A stretch of 64,000 nucleotides of DNA. Source: Sminthopsis crassicaudata. Its lineage: Eukaryota. Each line of letters begins with the position of its first letter. The stretch's first letter is position 1. Position numbers and translations under genes: made by a program. The stretch spans positions 103,571,919-103,635,918 of the forward strand of contig NC_133618.1 in the NCBI RefSeq assembly GCF_048593235.1, written 5' to 3'. Below the pieces are notes generated by a model that saw only the letters and a program-made list of their open reading frames with translations, searched no databases and was not told the DNA's origin. This document shows positions 1 through 14,800 of this stretch, piece by piece.

Positions 1-655
1 ACGCTTTTTTTTATCTAGTTCAGTTCTTGTTTATGTCTTTCTATAAAGCTTCCCTAAATGATCTATCAATTATACTGGTAGCCTCCCATGAGTCCCAGTG
101 CATCGCTCGAGCTATTTGCCTATAATAAATAACTCTTACCTATCCACTTCCTCATTATGATTCTGCATTCCTAAATGATATCTTTGGTCTCATTTTTGTG
201 CACAGCATATTAGCAATAATATGCTACAGACTACTTGTTCCCACCATGTGTCTCTCCCTTGCCACACATATCACCTTCTGTTGTAGAACAGATGGTGCAT
301 CTGTTGTCCAAGAACCATCCTAGCACTGTGGAGGCTTGGTTGGCCATTAGGTGACATGTTCTTTGGACATGGTAAAAATGAAAAGAAAAAAAAAAGATTG
401 ATGTATATTATCTATCCATTGTTTAGACAATAATTAAAAGAATGTTAATATCAACTTTGAGGTAAAGTATAAGAACTCAAATATACAATAAAACAAAAAC
501 ATTGGCTGATCCATTTAAGAATTTCTATGGACATATATGTGAATTCCTGTTTTCCTTCTAATGCCCCTTATGTGCATCTCAAATGTTCATAATGAAATTT
601 AGGCCACAAATGACCAACAAAGAGAAATATTAAACATTTTCCATTTATTATTTAA

Positions 656-880
<225 letters not shown>

Positions 881-1212
881 TAGAGGGAAGAAAGTTAGTC
901 TTTTTCTCATTCCAGTTGAAATTGTATTAAAATTTTTTTCTTCCTAACATCATTTTGAAACTTAATGCTTGAGATGTCAAATCATAATTTTTCAATATCT
1001 AGAATGCCATGTGGATATCTGTAGACATTTTCTACAAATAATAATAGTAAAAATTAACACTTTACGTTGTAAAAATCCTTGACATTCATGATCTCATTTG
1101 ATCCTCTCTAGATAAGCTACTATTATTAGCTTCAGAAAAAAAAAACAAAAACTAAGGGCCAGGATAGTTAATAGATTTACCCAGAATTACTTTGTGAGAC
1201 AAAACTGGAAAT

Positions 1213-1972
1213 CTTTTTAAAATACAATTCATTTATTTATTTATTCTTGTAATAGTTTTTTATTTTTCCAAATATATGCAAAGATAGTTTTCAACATTCA
1301 TCTTTGCAAAATCAGGTGTTCCAGATTTTTATGTATCCCCTCCATCTTTCTCTCCCCCCCTCCCCTAGACATCAAACAAGTTAAACATATGCAATTCTTC
1401 TAAACATATTTCCATAATTGTCATGCTGAACAAGAAAAATCAAATCAAAAGGGAAAAAAAAAAGAAGGCAAGAAAACAAACAAACAAAAGGTGAAAATAC
1501 TATGCTTTGATTCACATTCAGTCTCCATAGCTCTTTCTCTTTCTGGATGGCTCTTTCCATCACATCTATTGGAATTGCCTTGAATCATCTCATTGTTTTT
1601 TTTTGTTTTGTTTTGTTTTTTGTTTGTTTTCTGAGGCTGGGGTTAAGTGACTTGCCCAGGGTCACACAGCTAGGAAGTGTTAAGTGTCTGAGACCAGATT
1701 TGAACTCTGGTCCTCCTGAATTCAGAGCTGGTGCTCTATCTACTGCGCCACCTAGCTACCCTGAATCATCTCATTGTTGAAAACTGCCAAGTCCATCACA
1801 GTTGATCATCATATAAGTTTGTTGTTGTTATTATATACAATTTTCTCTTGGTTCTGCTCACTTTACTCAGCATCGATTCATTTAAGTCTTCCCAGGCTTT
1901 TCTGAAATTAGTCTGCTTAGCATTTCCTTATAGAATAACATTCCTTTATATTCATATACCATAACTTATTCT
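1213..1972 (-). mobile_element. LINE-1 3' terminal fragment (marsupial type), interrupted by a SINE
   Basis: T-rich lead-in, then gcaaagatagttttcaacattc...cccctagac...aagaaaaatcaaatcaaaaggg, a marsupial L1 3' end sequence recurring several times in this window. Confidence 0.7.
1598..1761 (-). mobile_element. WSINE1-like young CORE-SINE nested in the L1 fragment
   Basis: Reverse complement of gg(t)agctaggtggcgcagtagatagagcacc...ttaaccccagcctcag with a (GTTTT)n tail; 17-bp TSD TGAATCATCTCATTGTT at 1581-1597 and 1762-1778. Confidence 0.88.
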
Positions 1973-3119
1973 TGGTGCCCCAACTAATGAGTTGCATTAA
2001 TTAATTAATTAATTAATGGGTGCCCCAACTCAATTTAGAAATCTTACATAGATCATGTGTCTGAGATAGGATTTAAATTTCCTGATTTCTTATTAGATTA
2101 CTTGTTCTTATTCATGGTTCATACTGACAATTAAATTTGTAACACTCTTAGCCTTGGATTTCATTTCTTTAGCTTACTGCCCTGATGTGAGTTGCTCCCC
2201 CCAAAAAAATCCATGTAAAAATCACTCCAAACTGTCTTCCTTTATGATTGATATACATGTTTTAACCATAACAATCTATGTTTGGTCTCCATGCTTCTCA
2301 TTCTTGGAAAATTCCTATTTCTCATATTCACTCCTTGGAATTCCTCACTTCTTTCACAGATCCTTAATTTCCCCATTTATAGGGCTCTTCTCTTCTCCCA
2401 TAAGTATTTATTTTGTATATATTTTGTATTTAATTATCTGTGTACATATGGTTTCTCCCCAGCAGAATGCTAGCTTCATGAGAGCAAAGACAATTTTATT
2501 TTTTCCCTTTGTATTTCCACAGATATTTAATAACTTTATTAAAATGAATTGAATGATGAAATAATTGACATTCTATCACAATAAGAAGTTAGCCATTTTA
2601 CTCATTAATGGGATCAATTTAATATGCATACATACATATAATACTTTCATAGAAACATATATATACATATATGTTTACGTATATATATATGCTTTGTGTG
2701 TGTCTATGTGTATGTGTCTGTTTCTTACTGTAGACTGGCACTATGATAAGCTCTGGCAACACCACCATAAAATGAAGTAGTTTCTGCCCTCAAGAATCTT
2801 ACATTCCAGAAATGAATAAAAACTGTACACAAATTGAAAGTAAATTCAAGATAATTTGAAGAGAGAGAGAATACTAACTACCCAGATAATCAAGAAAGGC
2901 TTCATGCTATTATCATAACTTTAAAAACAATGACACACTGTGACAAATTTGATAAGCTCATTTTAGTAATTTTCCCATAAAAAGGTTCACATTCTCAAAA
3001 TAACACTTGCTGTGGAAAATATATTTATGCAAGTACAGAATGCTGTTTTCATTGCCTGTTCAGTTTGTTAGGATTTTTTTTTAAAGATTATGTGCAGAAT
3101 TTTATTCTGATTTTTCTTT

Positions 3120-3297
3120 TATAATATGACTAATGTGGAAATATGTTTAGCATGATTGTACATGTATAACCTTGCTTTCTAGGAGAAGGGAAACGGAAAG
3201 GAGGGAAGAAGAAAAATTTGGAACTCAAAATCTTACAAAAATAAATGTTGAAAACTATCTTTACCTGTAATTGGAAAAAAAATAAAATACTATTAAG
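3120..3297 (+). mobile_element. LINE-1 3' end fragment
   Basis: gtggaaatatgttt...aaatgttgaaaactatctttacctgtaattggaaaaaaataaaatac; same family as 1213-1972, opposite strand. Confidence 0.6.
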
Positions 3298-3615
3298 TGT
3301 GGGGGAGGAAAAATAAATGGAGAAACTTACATAAAGTATATTTGCTTACATTGGTTTGTTGTTGCTGTTGTTGTTTTTTAATACACTTAATTTGTCTGAA
3401 ACTTGGCTTCACATACATATTTAGAATATTTCTTCCAATGACATTTCTTTCTGCTTACTGAATTATCATTTTCAAGGCTCTTTCAAAAGAAATTGATTCG
3501 TCCCATATTTATTTCATGTATTTTCTACTTAATATTCATTTTACATGCTCTCCAAAGATAACATCAAGGATATTCATCAGAAATATAATAAAACCTTTCC
3601 CCCTTCCAATTCCAG

Positions 3616-3818
3616 GTGGAGGCTTCACATCTAAACGAGGGATCTTTGGAAGCATTGGAAAATTGGAAACAATGATGTCTGTTTCTTATGGACGAATGGA
3701 AGACCTAGTTTTCTCTGGAGCTGCAACGGGAGATATTTTTATTTGGAAAGATATTCTTTTACTTAAGACTGTGAAAGCTCATGATGGGCCTGTTTTTGCA
3801 ATGCATGCATTGGATAAG
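3616..3818 (+). CDS. EML6: EML6 window exon 2 (203 nt)
   Basis: aattccag|GT GGA ... GAT AAG|gtatag; GGFTSKRGIFGSIGKLETMMSVSYGRMEDLVFSGAATGDIFIWKDILLLKTVKAHDGPVFAMHALDK (inside ORF 3516..3824). Confidence 0.95.
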
Positions 3819-4861
3819 GTATAGTATATTATTTAAAAGTCTGCTGCCAATTCACTTTTTTTTTTTTAACCATTATGTAATGAAAGAAATACTAAAACAA
3901 ACAAAAAAGCCAAGCATCTGGAAAAAAGCACAAGGTTGATCATTCAGGTTGGAAAATAGTAGCTAAGAGGAAGTGGGGGAGAAGTAGTTTGATAATTTTT
4001 TTTAATTCTTTTTGTTTCTTCCTAGCTCTCATTTTTTTTTCTTTCTCCATCTGGATGACACCTGTTTTTTTTTTTTTTTAAATATGGCCAAAAAATTCTG
4101 TGAGGCCTTTTGTCTAAGAATTAATGGGAAAAACTTTATAAACCACGTAGTTCAGTTCAGAGGACTGTTTTAATAGAATAAAGATTCAAGAGTATTTGCT
4201 GTTTTATTAATTTTTCTCACGATCTTATGAAAATGGACTCCACAGATCAACCCACTTTCCTTAGGTGGCTGTAAACCTTTGATAAAAGTGCTAAATTGAA
4301 GTCTTCCTGCCTTTCTACTATATTCCAATTCTAAACAGTATTATGCAATGGAAAGAAGTACTAAATCTGAAATCAGGGGAAAGGCATTCAAATCCTAGCT
4401 GTGCCACCTCTGTAATCTTGAGCAAGTATTTAAACTTGTCAGACTTTAGTTTTCTCATCTTTTAAATAAAGAATTGGACCAGATGACCTCTTAAGTCCCT
4501 TCCAAATGGAAATCCTGTAATATACTTATTTGTATTTTGCTCAAACTATCAAGTTGCACCATTATCCAAACAGATTTTAGAAAGTGCTGATTTCTTTGAA
4601 TTCCTCCTTATAAGTAATCTATTTCAACCTATTTTGCAACCAAAATGTATTCCTAATCCTTATTGACTGGGATGTCAAGCCAACTCAGGGCTTCCAGACC
4701 CTTAGACAGTCTGAGTTTCTAAACTCACCTAATCAAGTCAGTACCTGATTTTTCAAGATTGACATTTACTGATGCACTGTCCAACTTGTGACTGATCCCA
4801 ATTCAAAACAATTTCTTCTCATATGTTAATCTATAATAACTGTTATATGAATATATTATTC

Positions 4862-5020
4862 TTTTTTAATTTTTAAAGCTTTTTATTTTCAAAACATATG
4901 CATGGATAATTTGACAACTTTGACCCTTGCACAACCTTGTATTTCAGATTTTCCTCTCCTTCCCCCCATCCCCTCCCCTAGAAGGCAAGCAATCCAATAT
5001 ATGTTAAGCATGTTAAAATA
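4862..5020 (-). mobile_element. LINE-1 3' end fragment
   Basis: tttttaaagctttttattttcaaaacatatgcatggataattt...cccctcccctagaaggcaagcaatccaatatatgttaa; near copy of 61929-62295. Confidence 0.7.
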
Positions 5021-5578
5021 GAATATATTATTCTTATTAAATTTATTTCCACTAAAAATAGGAAATTTTTAAGACTAGGAAAGAAAAATTTCCCACCAAT
5101 ACCATAGTTAGGGATAGGGATGAAAATATCTCCCCCTCTACCAGGGCAGGTTGGCACCTGCCAATAGTCTTAGAAAGTTGTCTAGACTTAATGTCAATCT
5201 ATCCTCACGACATTTATTCAGTGCTTCCTATGGTCTAAGCTTAGTGTTGACATTAACTCTCTATTCCAAGATTAGAAAATGCATGTGTCAGAGGTATGAC
5301 TTGAACTCAGATTTCTCTCCCTGACTCCAATGCCAGCTAAGCTATGGATTTCTTTAGTTCATTGGGAATGCTACTTTACTTTTTTAATTACTTGATAAAT
5401 TTAATCACAAAGCTATTGAAATAATAGAAACTTTGCAATATCTTTTAATCATGGAGATTAATTTTATACCAAATAATAAGAATGATAGTATTTCAATACA
5501 TAAAGTTTTAAGTACTACTTTTTAGTACTTTTTAGTGATACTAGGTCTATGATTTCATCACTATAAAGAGTTCCCACT

Positions 5579-5737
5579 AGGGGGCAGCTAGGTGGCCCAG
5601 TGGATAGAGCACCAGCCTTGAATTCAGGAGGACCCAAGTTCAAATCTGGTCTCAGACACTTAACACTTCCTAGCTGTGTGACCCTGGGCAAGTCACTTAA
5701 CCCCAGCCTCAAAAAAAAAAAAAAAAAAGAAAAGAAA
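5579..5737 (+). mobile_element. WSINE1-like CORE-SINE
   Basis: ggggcagctaggtggcccagtggatagagcacc...gagttcaaatc-like B box (gacccaagttcaaatc)...ttaaccccagcctc, poly(A); 14-bp TSD AAAGAGTTCCCACT at 5565-5578 and 5738-5751. Confidence 0.9.
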
Positions 5738-6562
5738 AAAGAGTTCCCACTGAGGACTCTCTCACCAGTACAGAGAGGCACATTCTCTTACAGAGTTTCC
5801 TAGAGTATCTATGTTAAATGGCTTGCCTCGAGTCACACAGGTAGTCCATGTCAGAAAGCCCAACTTGAAGCCAGATCTTACTGGTGTCAGGATGGCTCTC
5901 TATCTTCAATATTTCTTTTTATCTTTTCTAGCTTCATTGAAATGTACAGGAATAATCTCAAAGGGAACAGAATTAATTATTGTCTGGTATTTTGCTTTTT
6001 AAAAAAAGGAAATTATTTATGAATAAGGACAGTTGGATAGTTGGTGTGTTCCAGTAAGTTGCCAAAAGTAAAGTTCAGTGATGATATCAATAAATCATAT
6101 GCCTTGATCAAGAAATAAAGATAACTTTTTAAAAGAAAAAATAATCAATCTGTTGAGCAATTTGTCTGCCAGTTTTTCTAAAGATGAATCCTGATTTTAA
6201 TTAGTGTGGAAATTGATGACATTTAATTATATGCTAATGAGCAATCAGGGCCATAAGACCATAGATCTGGAACTAGAAGAGCTCATCCAGTCCAATCCCC
6301 TCAAATTATAGATGAGAAGCTGAAGCCAAAATAATTTTATATGACAAAATGTCTGTATTGCTTTTTAAAGAAATGTGAATACTTTCTACTGGGATTGAAA
6401 ATAAACATGAAAACATTTTTAAAACTACAAAATATTATAACTAGAATTTCTGATGACTATGGGACTAAATATATTGATGTATGCTTTTAAAAAACATGGC
6501 AGTTTTTTTAAAGACCTCTTCCAAGTGGATGTGTTATTTTAAAGATAAATTTTTCATACTGA

Positions 6563-6757
<195 letters not shown>

Positions 6758-6847
6758 TGAATGGGTCACTATTGATGGACCTCAAAAACCCTTCCCAAAT
6801 CCACTCTCATTACTCTCTATACACTCAGAGCTCATGCCCTTTAGTAG

Positions 6848-7093
<246 letters not shown>

Positions 7094-7704
7094 TAGTGCT
7101 CTCATACATCATAACTGTATCTCATACAAGATTATCCTGAGTAATAGTGAGGTCTAAAGTAAATCACCCTATATAACACTCTCTAATTCCTCCCACTCTC
7201 CCCACCCAATGCAAATATCAAATTTAAATATGTGTCAAGTATTCAAATGTTGTGCCTTTACATATATTCTGATAAATGTATTGAATACAGGACCATATTA
7301 TAGTCAGATTCTTCAGTGGTGGACAATGCAAGAATGAAATGAACATAGCATCATTCATCTCCAAAATCAAGCTACTTTTTCTAAACAATACATACAGTGA
7401 TGTGTACACAAAGCCTAAAAAAGCCTCAACATGGCTTTCTACTGTTTAAATATTTTTATCATATAGTAAACAAAAATCTAACTCATTCATGTAAAGTTTC
7501 ATTTTCTAATCAAATGATTTTTATATCATTGCAGTGTTAGCTTTACATTCAAAGTCAAGTGAAGAAAAAAATCAAAGTTATCAGGATGGCTCACTGAAGC
7601 CATAATCATTCTTACTCATTTTTGAATCATACCATAGAGAAAGATTCGAAATATGATGAATGTGAGAAAGCATTCTAAAAGAAATTATATTTCACTAGAA
7701 ATAT

Positions 7705-7965
7705 ATGTTAAATCTAATATATGTATACATATGCATATATTTACAATTTATAATTTACAGTTATCTTGCTGCACAAGAAAAATCAAATCAAACAGGAAAA
7801 AATGAGAAAGAAAATAAAATACAAACAACAATAAAAAGAATGAAGATGCTATGTTGTGAACCACACTCAGTTCCCACAGTCCTCTCTATGCGTGTAGATG
7901 GCTCTCTTCATCACAAGATCATTGGAACTGGTCTGAATCATCTCATTGTTGAAGAGAGCCACGTA
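7705..7965 (-). mobile_element. LINE-1 3' region fragment
   Basis: tatcttgctgcacaagaaaaatcaaatcaaacaggaaaaaatgag...aaccacactcagttcccacagtcctctct; homologous to 62100-62290 and 1420-1560. Confidence 0.7.
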
Positions 7966-8157
7966 TAAGACACTTTTTAAAAAAATCATGGCTTTCATGC
8001 AATCCAGTAATTCTTAAAATATTGTTCTTTGATCTTTTCCAAGTCACTTTTCTGAGATATTTCACATTTGTACTTTTTTTTTACTTTATGATTTCTGAAT
8101 GTCTCAGACATGTTAGCTTCTACTTGATCAATTCTAATTGTTAAGGAGTGATTTTCT

Positions 8158-8318
8158 GGGGGCAGCTAGGTGGCGCAGTGGATAGAACACCAGCCCTGAA
8201 TTCAGAAGGACTTGAGTTCAAATGTGATCTCAGACACTTAACACTTCCTAACTGTGTGACTCTGGGCAAGTCACTTAACCCCAGCCTCAGGTAAAAAAAA
8301 AAAAAAAAAAAAAAAAAA
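8158..8318 (+). mobile_element. WSINE1-like CORE-SINE
   Basis: gggggcagctaggtggcgcagtggatag...ttaaccccagcctcagg, long poly(A); imperfect TSD with core TGATTTTCT (8149-8157, 8322-8330). Confidence 0.88.
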
Positions 8319-8806
8319 GAATGATTTTCTTCAGTGAAGAAATCTCTTTTACCATTTAGTTTCTTCTTATTTTTAAGGAATTTTTTTCTTCCAGAGTTTT
8401 TTGTACCTCTTTTACTAAGCTATCTAGTATACTGCCATAATTTTCTTTTACTGTTTTTTATTTCTTTTCCCAACTTTTCCTCTGCCATTTTATTTGATTT
8501 TCAAACTCTTCTTTTGCTTCCTCCCTCCCTTTATTTAGGTCTTCTAGAAATTCTGATTGGGCATATGTTCAATATGCATTTTTCTTTAAAATTTTGCTTG
8601 TAGATATTTTCAAGGCATTATCAACTTTTGTGCTTAGGTTTTGTGTTTCCCTATCACCAGAAAAGCTACTTATGGATGGGTTCTTTTGTTGTTGTTGAAA
8701 AATAGGGAATTTATAATAGAGAGCAATTTAATGAATACAGTGAATATGGGAAAGCCTTCAAGCACAAGTCAACTTTCTGTGCCCATAAGAAAACATCTAT
8801 AAATAA

Positions 8807-8947
8807 TTTTCCCCCTGAGGCTGGGGTTAAGTGACTTGCCCAGGGTCAACACAGCTAGGAAGTGTTAAGTGTCTGAGATCAGATTTGAACTCAGGGCCTC
8901 TTGAATTCAAGGATGGTGCTCTATCCACTGCACCACCTAGCTGCCCC
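8807..8947 (-). mobile_element. WSINE1-like CORE-SINE
   Basis: ctgaggctggggttaagtgacttgccc...ccactgcaccacctagctgccccc; flanking direct repeat CTATAAATAA (8797-8806, 8948-8957). Confidence 0.85.
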
Positions 8948-9439
8948 CTATAAATAAAATTAATGTGAAAGATACTTTGGTTGAACTTTCATCTTCTTAT
9001 ACCAAAAAATTCATGCTAAAAGAAATCTCATAAATGTACTTAATGTGGAAAATTCTTCAGTTGAAATATAGTCTTTATTAAATAATAAAAAAATTCACAC
9101 TAAAGAGAAATTAAATTAACATGATTAATATAAGGGGTGGAGAGAGAAACCTAATTAATAAAAGAAAAGGCATTCAGTCAAAGCTCTTATTTTTGACACA
9201 AGTAAATTTGTATGGAAAAATAATGATCCTAACAAATAGAAATTTCAAGTCTAAAAAATAAATCTTTTCTTTTAAAGAATGTATCAGCCATGTAGAGCTA
9301 TTCTTATTTTTTTTCTCTTTATTGGGAGAATCCGATAGAATCACAAATACAAAGAACTTTCAGCCTGGAATATTATAAGGTACCTTGGAGGTGATATAGT
9401 CCAACCCTCACCATATCTTGTCCAGACTAAGACAAAATC

Positions 9440-10490
9440 TTCTTATTGGCCTCCTGACTTCCAATCTCTTCCCTTTCCAATCCATCCTCTACACTGCTGC
9501 CAAATTGATATTACTCAAATTAAATCAGACCGTGTTGCTCCCCTCCTAAAAGAAATCTTTAGGAGCCCTCTGTCTCCCATTTAAAACAAAATCTTTAGTT
9601 TGTCATTTCAGGTCCTACCTACATTTGGAGTCTTGTTTCAAAACACTCCTCTTACATAGTTATCTATTAGCTTTTACCTGTCTACAACATTTCCTCTCCC
9701 ACCTCCAGGTCTTACATAGTGGACCTCAGGTCTGTCTCTTAGAATCCTTGCTTTCCTTCAAAATGTCACCTCCTATATGAAATCTTTCCTGGCTTTCTGC
9801 AGTTGTTAGGGATCCCTCTCTCCTGCAATCACTTAGTCTTTATTGTATTTGCTTTGTATTTTCTTGTTTTTTAACATATTTTTACCAACACCTCTCCTAG
9901 AATGTAACATCCTTGAGGGCTGGAAGAGTTTTATGCTGATCTTTGTTTCCTCCCCATCTAGCATATAAGAGATATTTACCTAAATTAGTGATCTTTTTCC
10001 TCAGACCTACTTGTCTTCCAAGCTTTTCTGTTTCTATTGAGGGCACCACTATGATTAAGCCTCCGAATCATGCACAAGTCTTCCTGCTCAGAATTTTGTT
10101 TCTCATGTCAGTGACTTCATTGAGATCATCCTCCATGCCTCAATGCTGTTCCTCTTCTCTTCTATCTCCAAAAGTTCTTTCATCTCCTCCAGGCTCACCT
10201 AAAGTGCTACCTCTGACAAGAGATCTTTTCAGATTTCAGCACTGTTTGTTACTTCCTATAACCCCCCAAACTCTCTACTTTTATTGTGTGTGTCTATATA
10301 TGAGTGTGGATGCTTCAATGTGGATGTATGTTAAATCTACTCATCTAAGCATATTCTGCTTTTCCTCAATAGAAAGAAGATTCTGTGAAACCAGAGTTCC
10401 ATCTCTGTTTTCCCATTGCCTAGCAAAAACCTTGCACAGATCTAGTTCAGAATAAAGTACTTCATAAATGTTTGTTGAATTGAATTAATA
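9440..10490 (+). mobile_element. Old LINE-2 3' fragments (two adjacent segments)
   Basis: ggcctcctgacttcc...caatccatcctctacactgctgccaaattgat and the terminal cataaatgtttgttgaattgaatt typical of L2 3' ends; accounts for ORF 9943..10455. Confidence 0.55.
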
Positions 10491-10552
10491 AGTATTTATA
10501 GTTGAGTTGAACCTGTCTTTCTGCAGAATTTGAACCTTAAACTGAGGACTAG

Positions 10553-10837
<285 letters not shown>

Positions 10838-11004
10838 TAGGAGGGATTGTGCAGGTTTTTTGGGTTTTTTTGCAATGTACATCTCTGACATTTTCCCCTT
10901 TTTCCAATTCTGGAACTATCATCAGAACACACAAGACAGTATCTTCAGAGATTCAGAATTTGAACCTAGATTCTTAGACTTCAAGGCCACTAAATATATA
11001 GAAA

Positions 11005-11220
11005 ATAGAAGGCCTAGCTTGAAGACAGGAAAATACATCTTAGTAAATTCAAATCTAGTCTCAGACACTTACTAGCTGTATGACCCTATTAAACCTGTTT
11101 GCCTTAGTTTCTAATCTGTAGAATGAGCTATACAAATCACTCCAGTACTTTTGCTGAGAAAACCCCAAATGGAGTCATGAAGAATCAATCACAACTAAAA
11201 CAACTAAATAACAATAACAG
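11005..11220 (+). mobile_element. MAR1-like CORE-SINE
   Basis: CORE (tcagacacttactagctgtatgacc) followed by caaatcactccagtacttttgctgagaaaaccccaaatggagtcatgaaga and an (ACA)n-like tail. Confidence 0.7.
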
Positions 11221-11281
11221 TCATGGACTCCAGAGCCAGGACTGGTTTCATTGACAAAAAAGCCTTGTGTAATAAAAATAA

Positions 11282-11503
<222 letters not shown>

Positions 11504-11594
11504 TAATGAAACTAGTAATAAGGAGGACTGTAATAAAAAGGTGAAACATTTACATTTGAAAATGTCTATTTCTTGGAAGTAAATTATCATATAA

Positions 11595-11816
<222 letters not shown>

Positions 11817-14800
11817 TGAGCATATACTATTTCTGAAGATGAGGAGAGGTGGTAGGTTTCCAGAAGAGCTAAAATTTCTGGTGACCATCTATAATCATGA
11901 CTCTCTCTTTCCTCTTTCTTTGGATTTTGGAAGATGCTTCCCTACAAAAGTGCTTCTCTCTTCTTTTCACTTTTCCCAGACCATTCCTAGGCTCTTAAGC
12001 AATGACCCTTAAATGAAACTAGAGAAATACTTTTACTGCCAAACAATCCCTGTATACCCATGTTTCCCTGGAGCCATGATTCTATTTTATGTTGTATGCT
12101 CCTCCCACTATAGAACGGTCCCTTCTTGTCCCTTCTTCTTACCTCCATATTCTACAGATTAGAGATTAGAGAACTACTTTTACACCCAAGCTAGCCCGAG
12201 ATATCTACTACCTCCCTGGGGCTATGCATCTCTCTCATAGTGTATGTACATTTGTAGAATGGTCCTTCCTTTCCTCCTTCTCTTCCCCTGCATTCCACAA
12301 AAGAACATCCATGTACTAACCTATCCCCTTAGAGAATGAGACTTATTTTTAGTTCATTTCTTAGTGGTTTGGATTATAAGTTTTGGCAGTATAACAGACT
12401 TCAAGATAAGTAATGCAGATTCACTTGTTGCACTGGGATGTTGTTTTGAATACTCAGAGGGCTTTATGATGTCCTCAATTTGAATGTTCCTTCCATGAAG
12501 GCAGATTATGGCCCATTTATCCCTGCCTATCCTGTTCCATGTTTGTCCATGTCATCCCTTAACTTCACCTGACGAAGTCCACTCAATATGTTGAAGGCCT
12601 TCCCCATTTTCTTTTGACTTTGCAAAGATAATAATAAAGGATTCTGATTGTCCACATTGCCAGGTAACCAATCCATCTTGTATTCCACATATAGGAAGGG
12701 AAATGTTTACTTTATTATTGCTTGAAACACAAGTTTTCAACTAAGACTTAGAAATAATTATTATTTGGAGATTCTTTGTTGTGATAGTATTTGTTTTAAT
12801 GGAATTTATTTTAATGGAAGTCTGTTTATCAGACTTTACAAGATAAAATATGATAGCTCGTGACAACATCTATCCTATCAGAATATACTACAATTCCAAC
12901 AAATGCAGCAGAAGAGCAGGTGATTTGCCATCACTTTCATCACTTACCATCACTTTCATAAGAGAACAGGTACTGAGCCTGAATTGAGATCTTAGATGAA
13001 TGCTTTGAAATATTTGCCACGTTCATTGCCTTCAGAGAATGATAGGTTCAAGTGAACCCACTGTCAATCATATGAAATATTTATAAAGCACTTGACACAA
13101 TAACTAGCACATAGAAAGCACATAAAAATGCTATTTTCCCTTCCCTTTTCTAACCATATAAAATATCCATCATTTAAATTATAAAGTAATTTAGTCTAGT
13201 ATTAAGCATTTTCAAAGTCCCTTTTCTGTAAATATGTTCTATCAAGAAGTGAACATGGTGAGTCAAGAATTTGATTGACTAACCTCATTCTCAAATCAAG
13301 AAAGATGTGATATGTCACAATGTCAGTCCAACATTCTCATTTTAAAGATGAGAAAACTGAGGCCCATAGAGGTAAAGTAATATACCCAATGCACCTTAAT
13401 TATTAAATGATGGAGCCAGAATTTGAACCAAGCTTCTGGGATTTGACTACAAATTGAGAATTCTTTCCATCACACTTTCCTGCCTCCTGAGTAGACAAGG
13501 CTAATCCTACTTGTGGAGCTTACTCATAGCTCTTGAGGAGCTTAGTATCCTCATTTGTAAAAAGAGGTAGTTGAAATAGAAAAATCTGATGCTAGGAAAT
13601 CTTATCCCTATTAATGTACTTCAATTTGATGTGAGTTAACTTCTTCCCTCCTTTCTTACTCAGATTTAGAATAATAGTCTGGATGGTTCATGCTATCAGA
13701 AAAAAAGGATATTATAATGAAAAGTCTGCATTAACTTCATCAGCATGGCAGTTATGGATTTTCAGAGATAGGAAAAAGAAAGTATGGTTTTAGTCATAAT
13801 ATCTAGGTTTGGCACTCCAACTATAAAAGTTCTATGTATTCCTTAATTTTTATTTTTAAGCAGTGAGTCTCTAGAAAAAATAATGGCTTTTTAAAAGTCA
13901 TATTTCCTGATTTGGGCTTTGGAAAACATCATGCCTGTATATGTAGAGCCCAAGAATTAAGTCAAGCAATCCAGAAGTTAGTTGTAAATATAGTTAAGAA
14001 GGTTCATTTTTCATTGAATGCAACATTTTCAGAAACTTAAGATTCTTATGTTAAGTGTTCTAACACATCTAAGCTTTCAACAAAGGCCAGATGGCTACTC
14101 ATCAGGTTTGCAGAAGAAAAGATTCTTGTTAGCTCACATGGCCTGGAGATCCCTTCTGAGATTTGATTCCAAAGTGACTAAGACTAAGACCAAGTAAAGC
14201 TCCTACTCACTAGAATGTATTGAACATCCTGAGGATTTAATGCTAATTTTTAAGATGACATTTATTATATTATATATTAAGATTTTTGAACCTTTTATCT
14301 CATGATTTATCTCATAATCCCTGACTGAGCTTCAGAGTGTCCAGCTGAAAATAATCACTTAATAAATGCTTGTTGAAATGAATTAAATTGAATTGATTCC
14401 TGGAAAGGCCCCAGCTACATAATCAAATACTTGATTTTTTATAAACCAACATCCTATTCATCTGGGAGAGGCAGCACACAAAACTTTGTGCCCAGATATG
14501 CCTCATTTTTCTAATTCTATTGCAACAAATAAAAAGCATGTGCCTTCTGACCTGCCTCAATGAAATAGCATTGATTTCATGCTGTAACTATTTGGTTTCC
14601 CATAGCAACCACTGATCCCAAGAAAAATTGAAGAAATTAAAGTGAGAGAAAGAGGTTCTTTCAGGGATATCAACAATAACAAGATGAAATCTTATCCTCT
14701 GTGAGATCAGAATGACCTTTTTTAATCTCAGAGATGACAGTATGAAATACAATTTTGATTTAAGCTCATTTTATGGGATAGAGCATATGACCTGGGTTTT

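Noticed and set aside
2154-2552. 132-aa and other 60-140-aa intronic ORFs on both strands
   Set aside because: Phe/Leu/Ile-rich translations of AT-rich intron or repeat sequence, often with non-ATG starts. ORFs overlapping real exons are explained by EML6, and several others run through N gaps.
5579-5737. tRNA gene suggested by A-box and B-box-like motifs
   Set aside because: The tRNA-like head continues into a CORE domain and poly(A) with a TSD, so these are SINEs. No cloverleaf tRNA, rRNA or other structured ncRNA gene was recognised in the window.
9943-10455. 170-aa + strand ORF, the longest in the track
   Set aside because: It lies in decayed LINE-2 sequence within an intron; Ser/Leu-rich low-information peptide with no splice or domain support.
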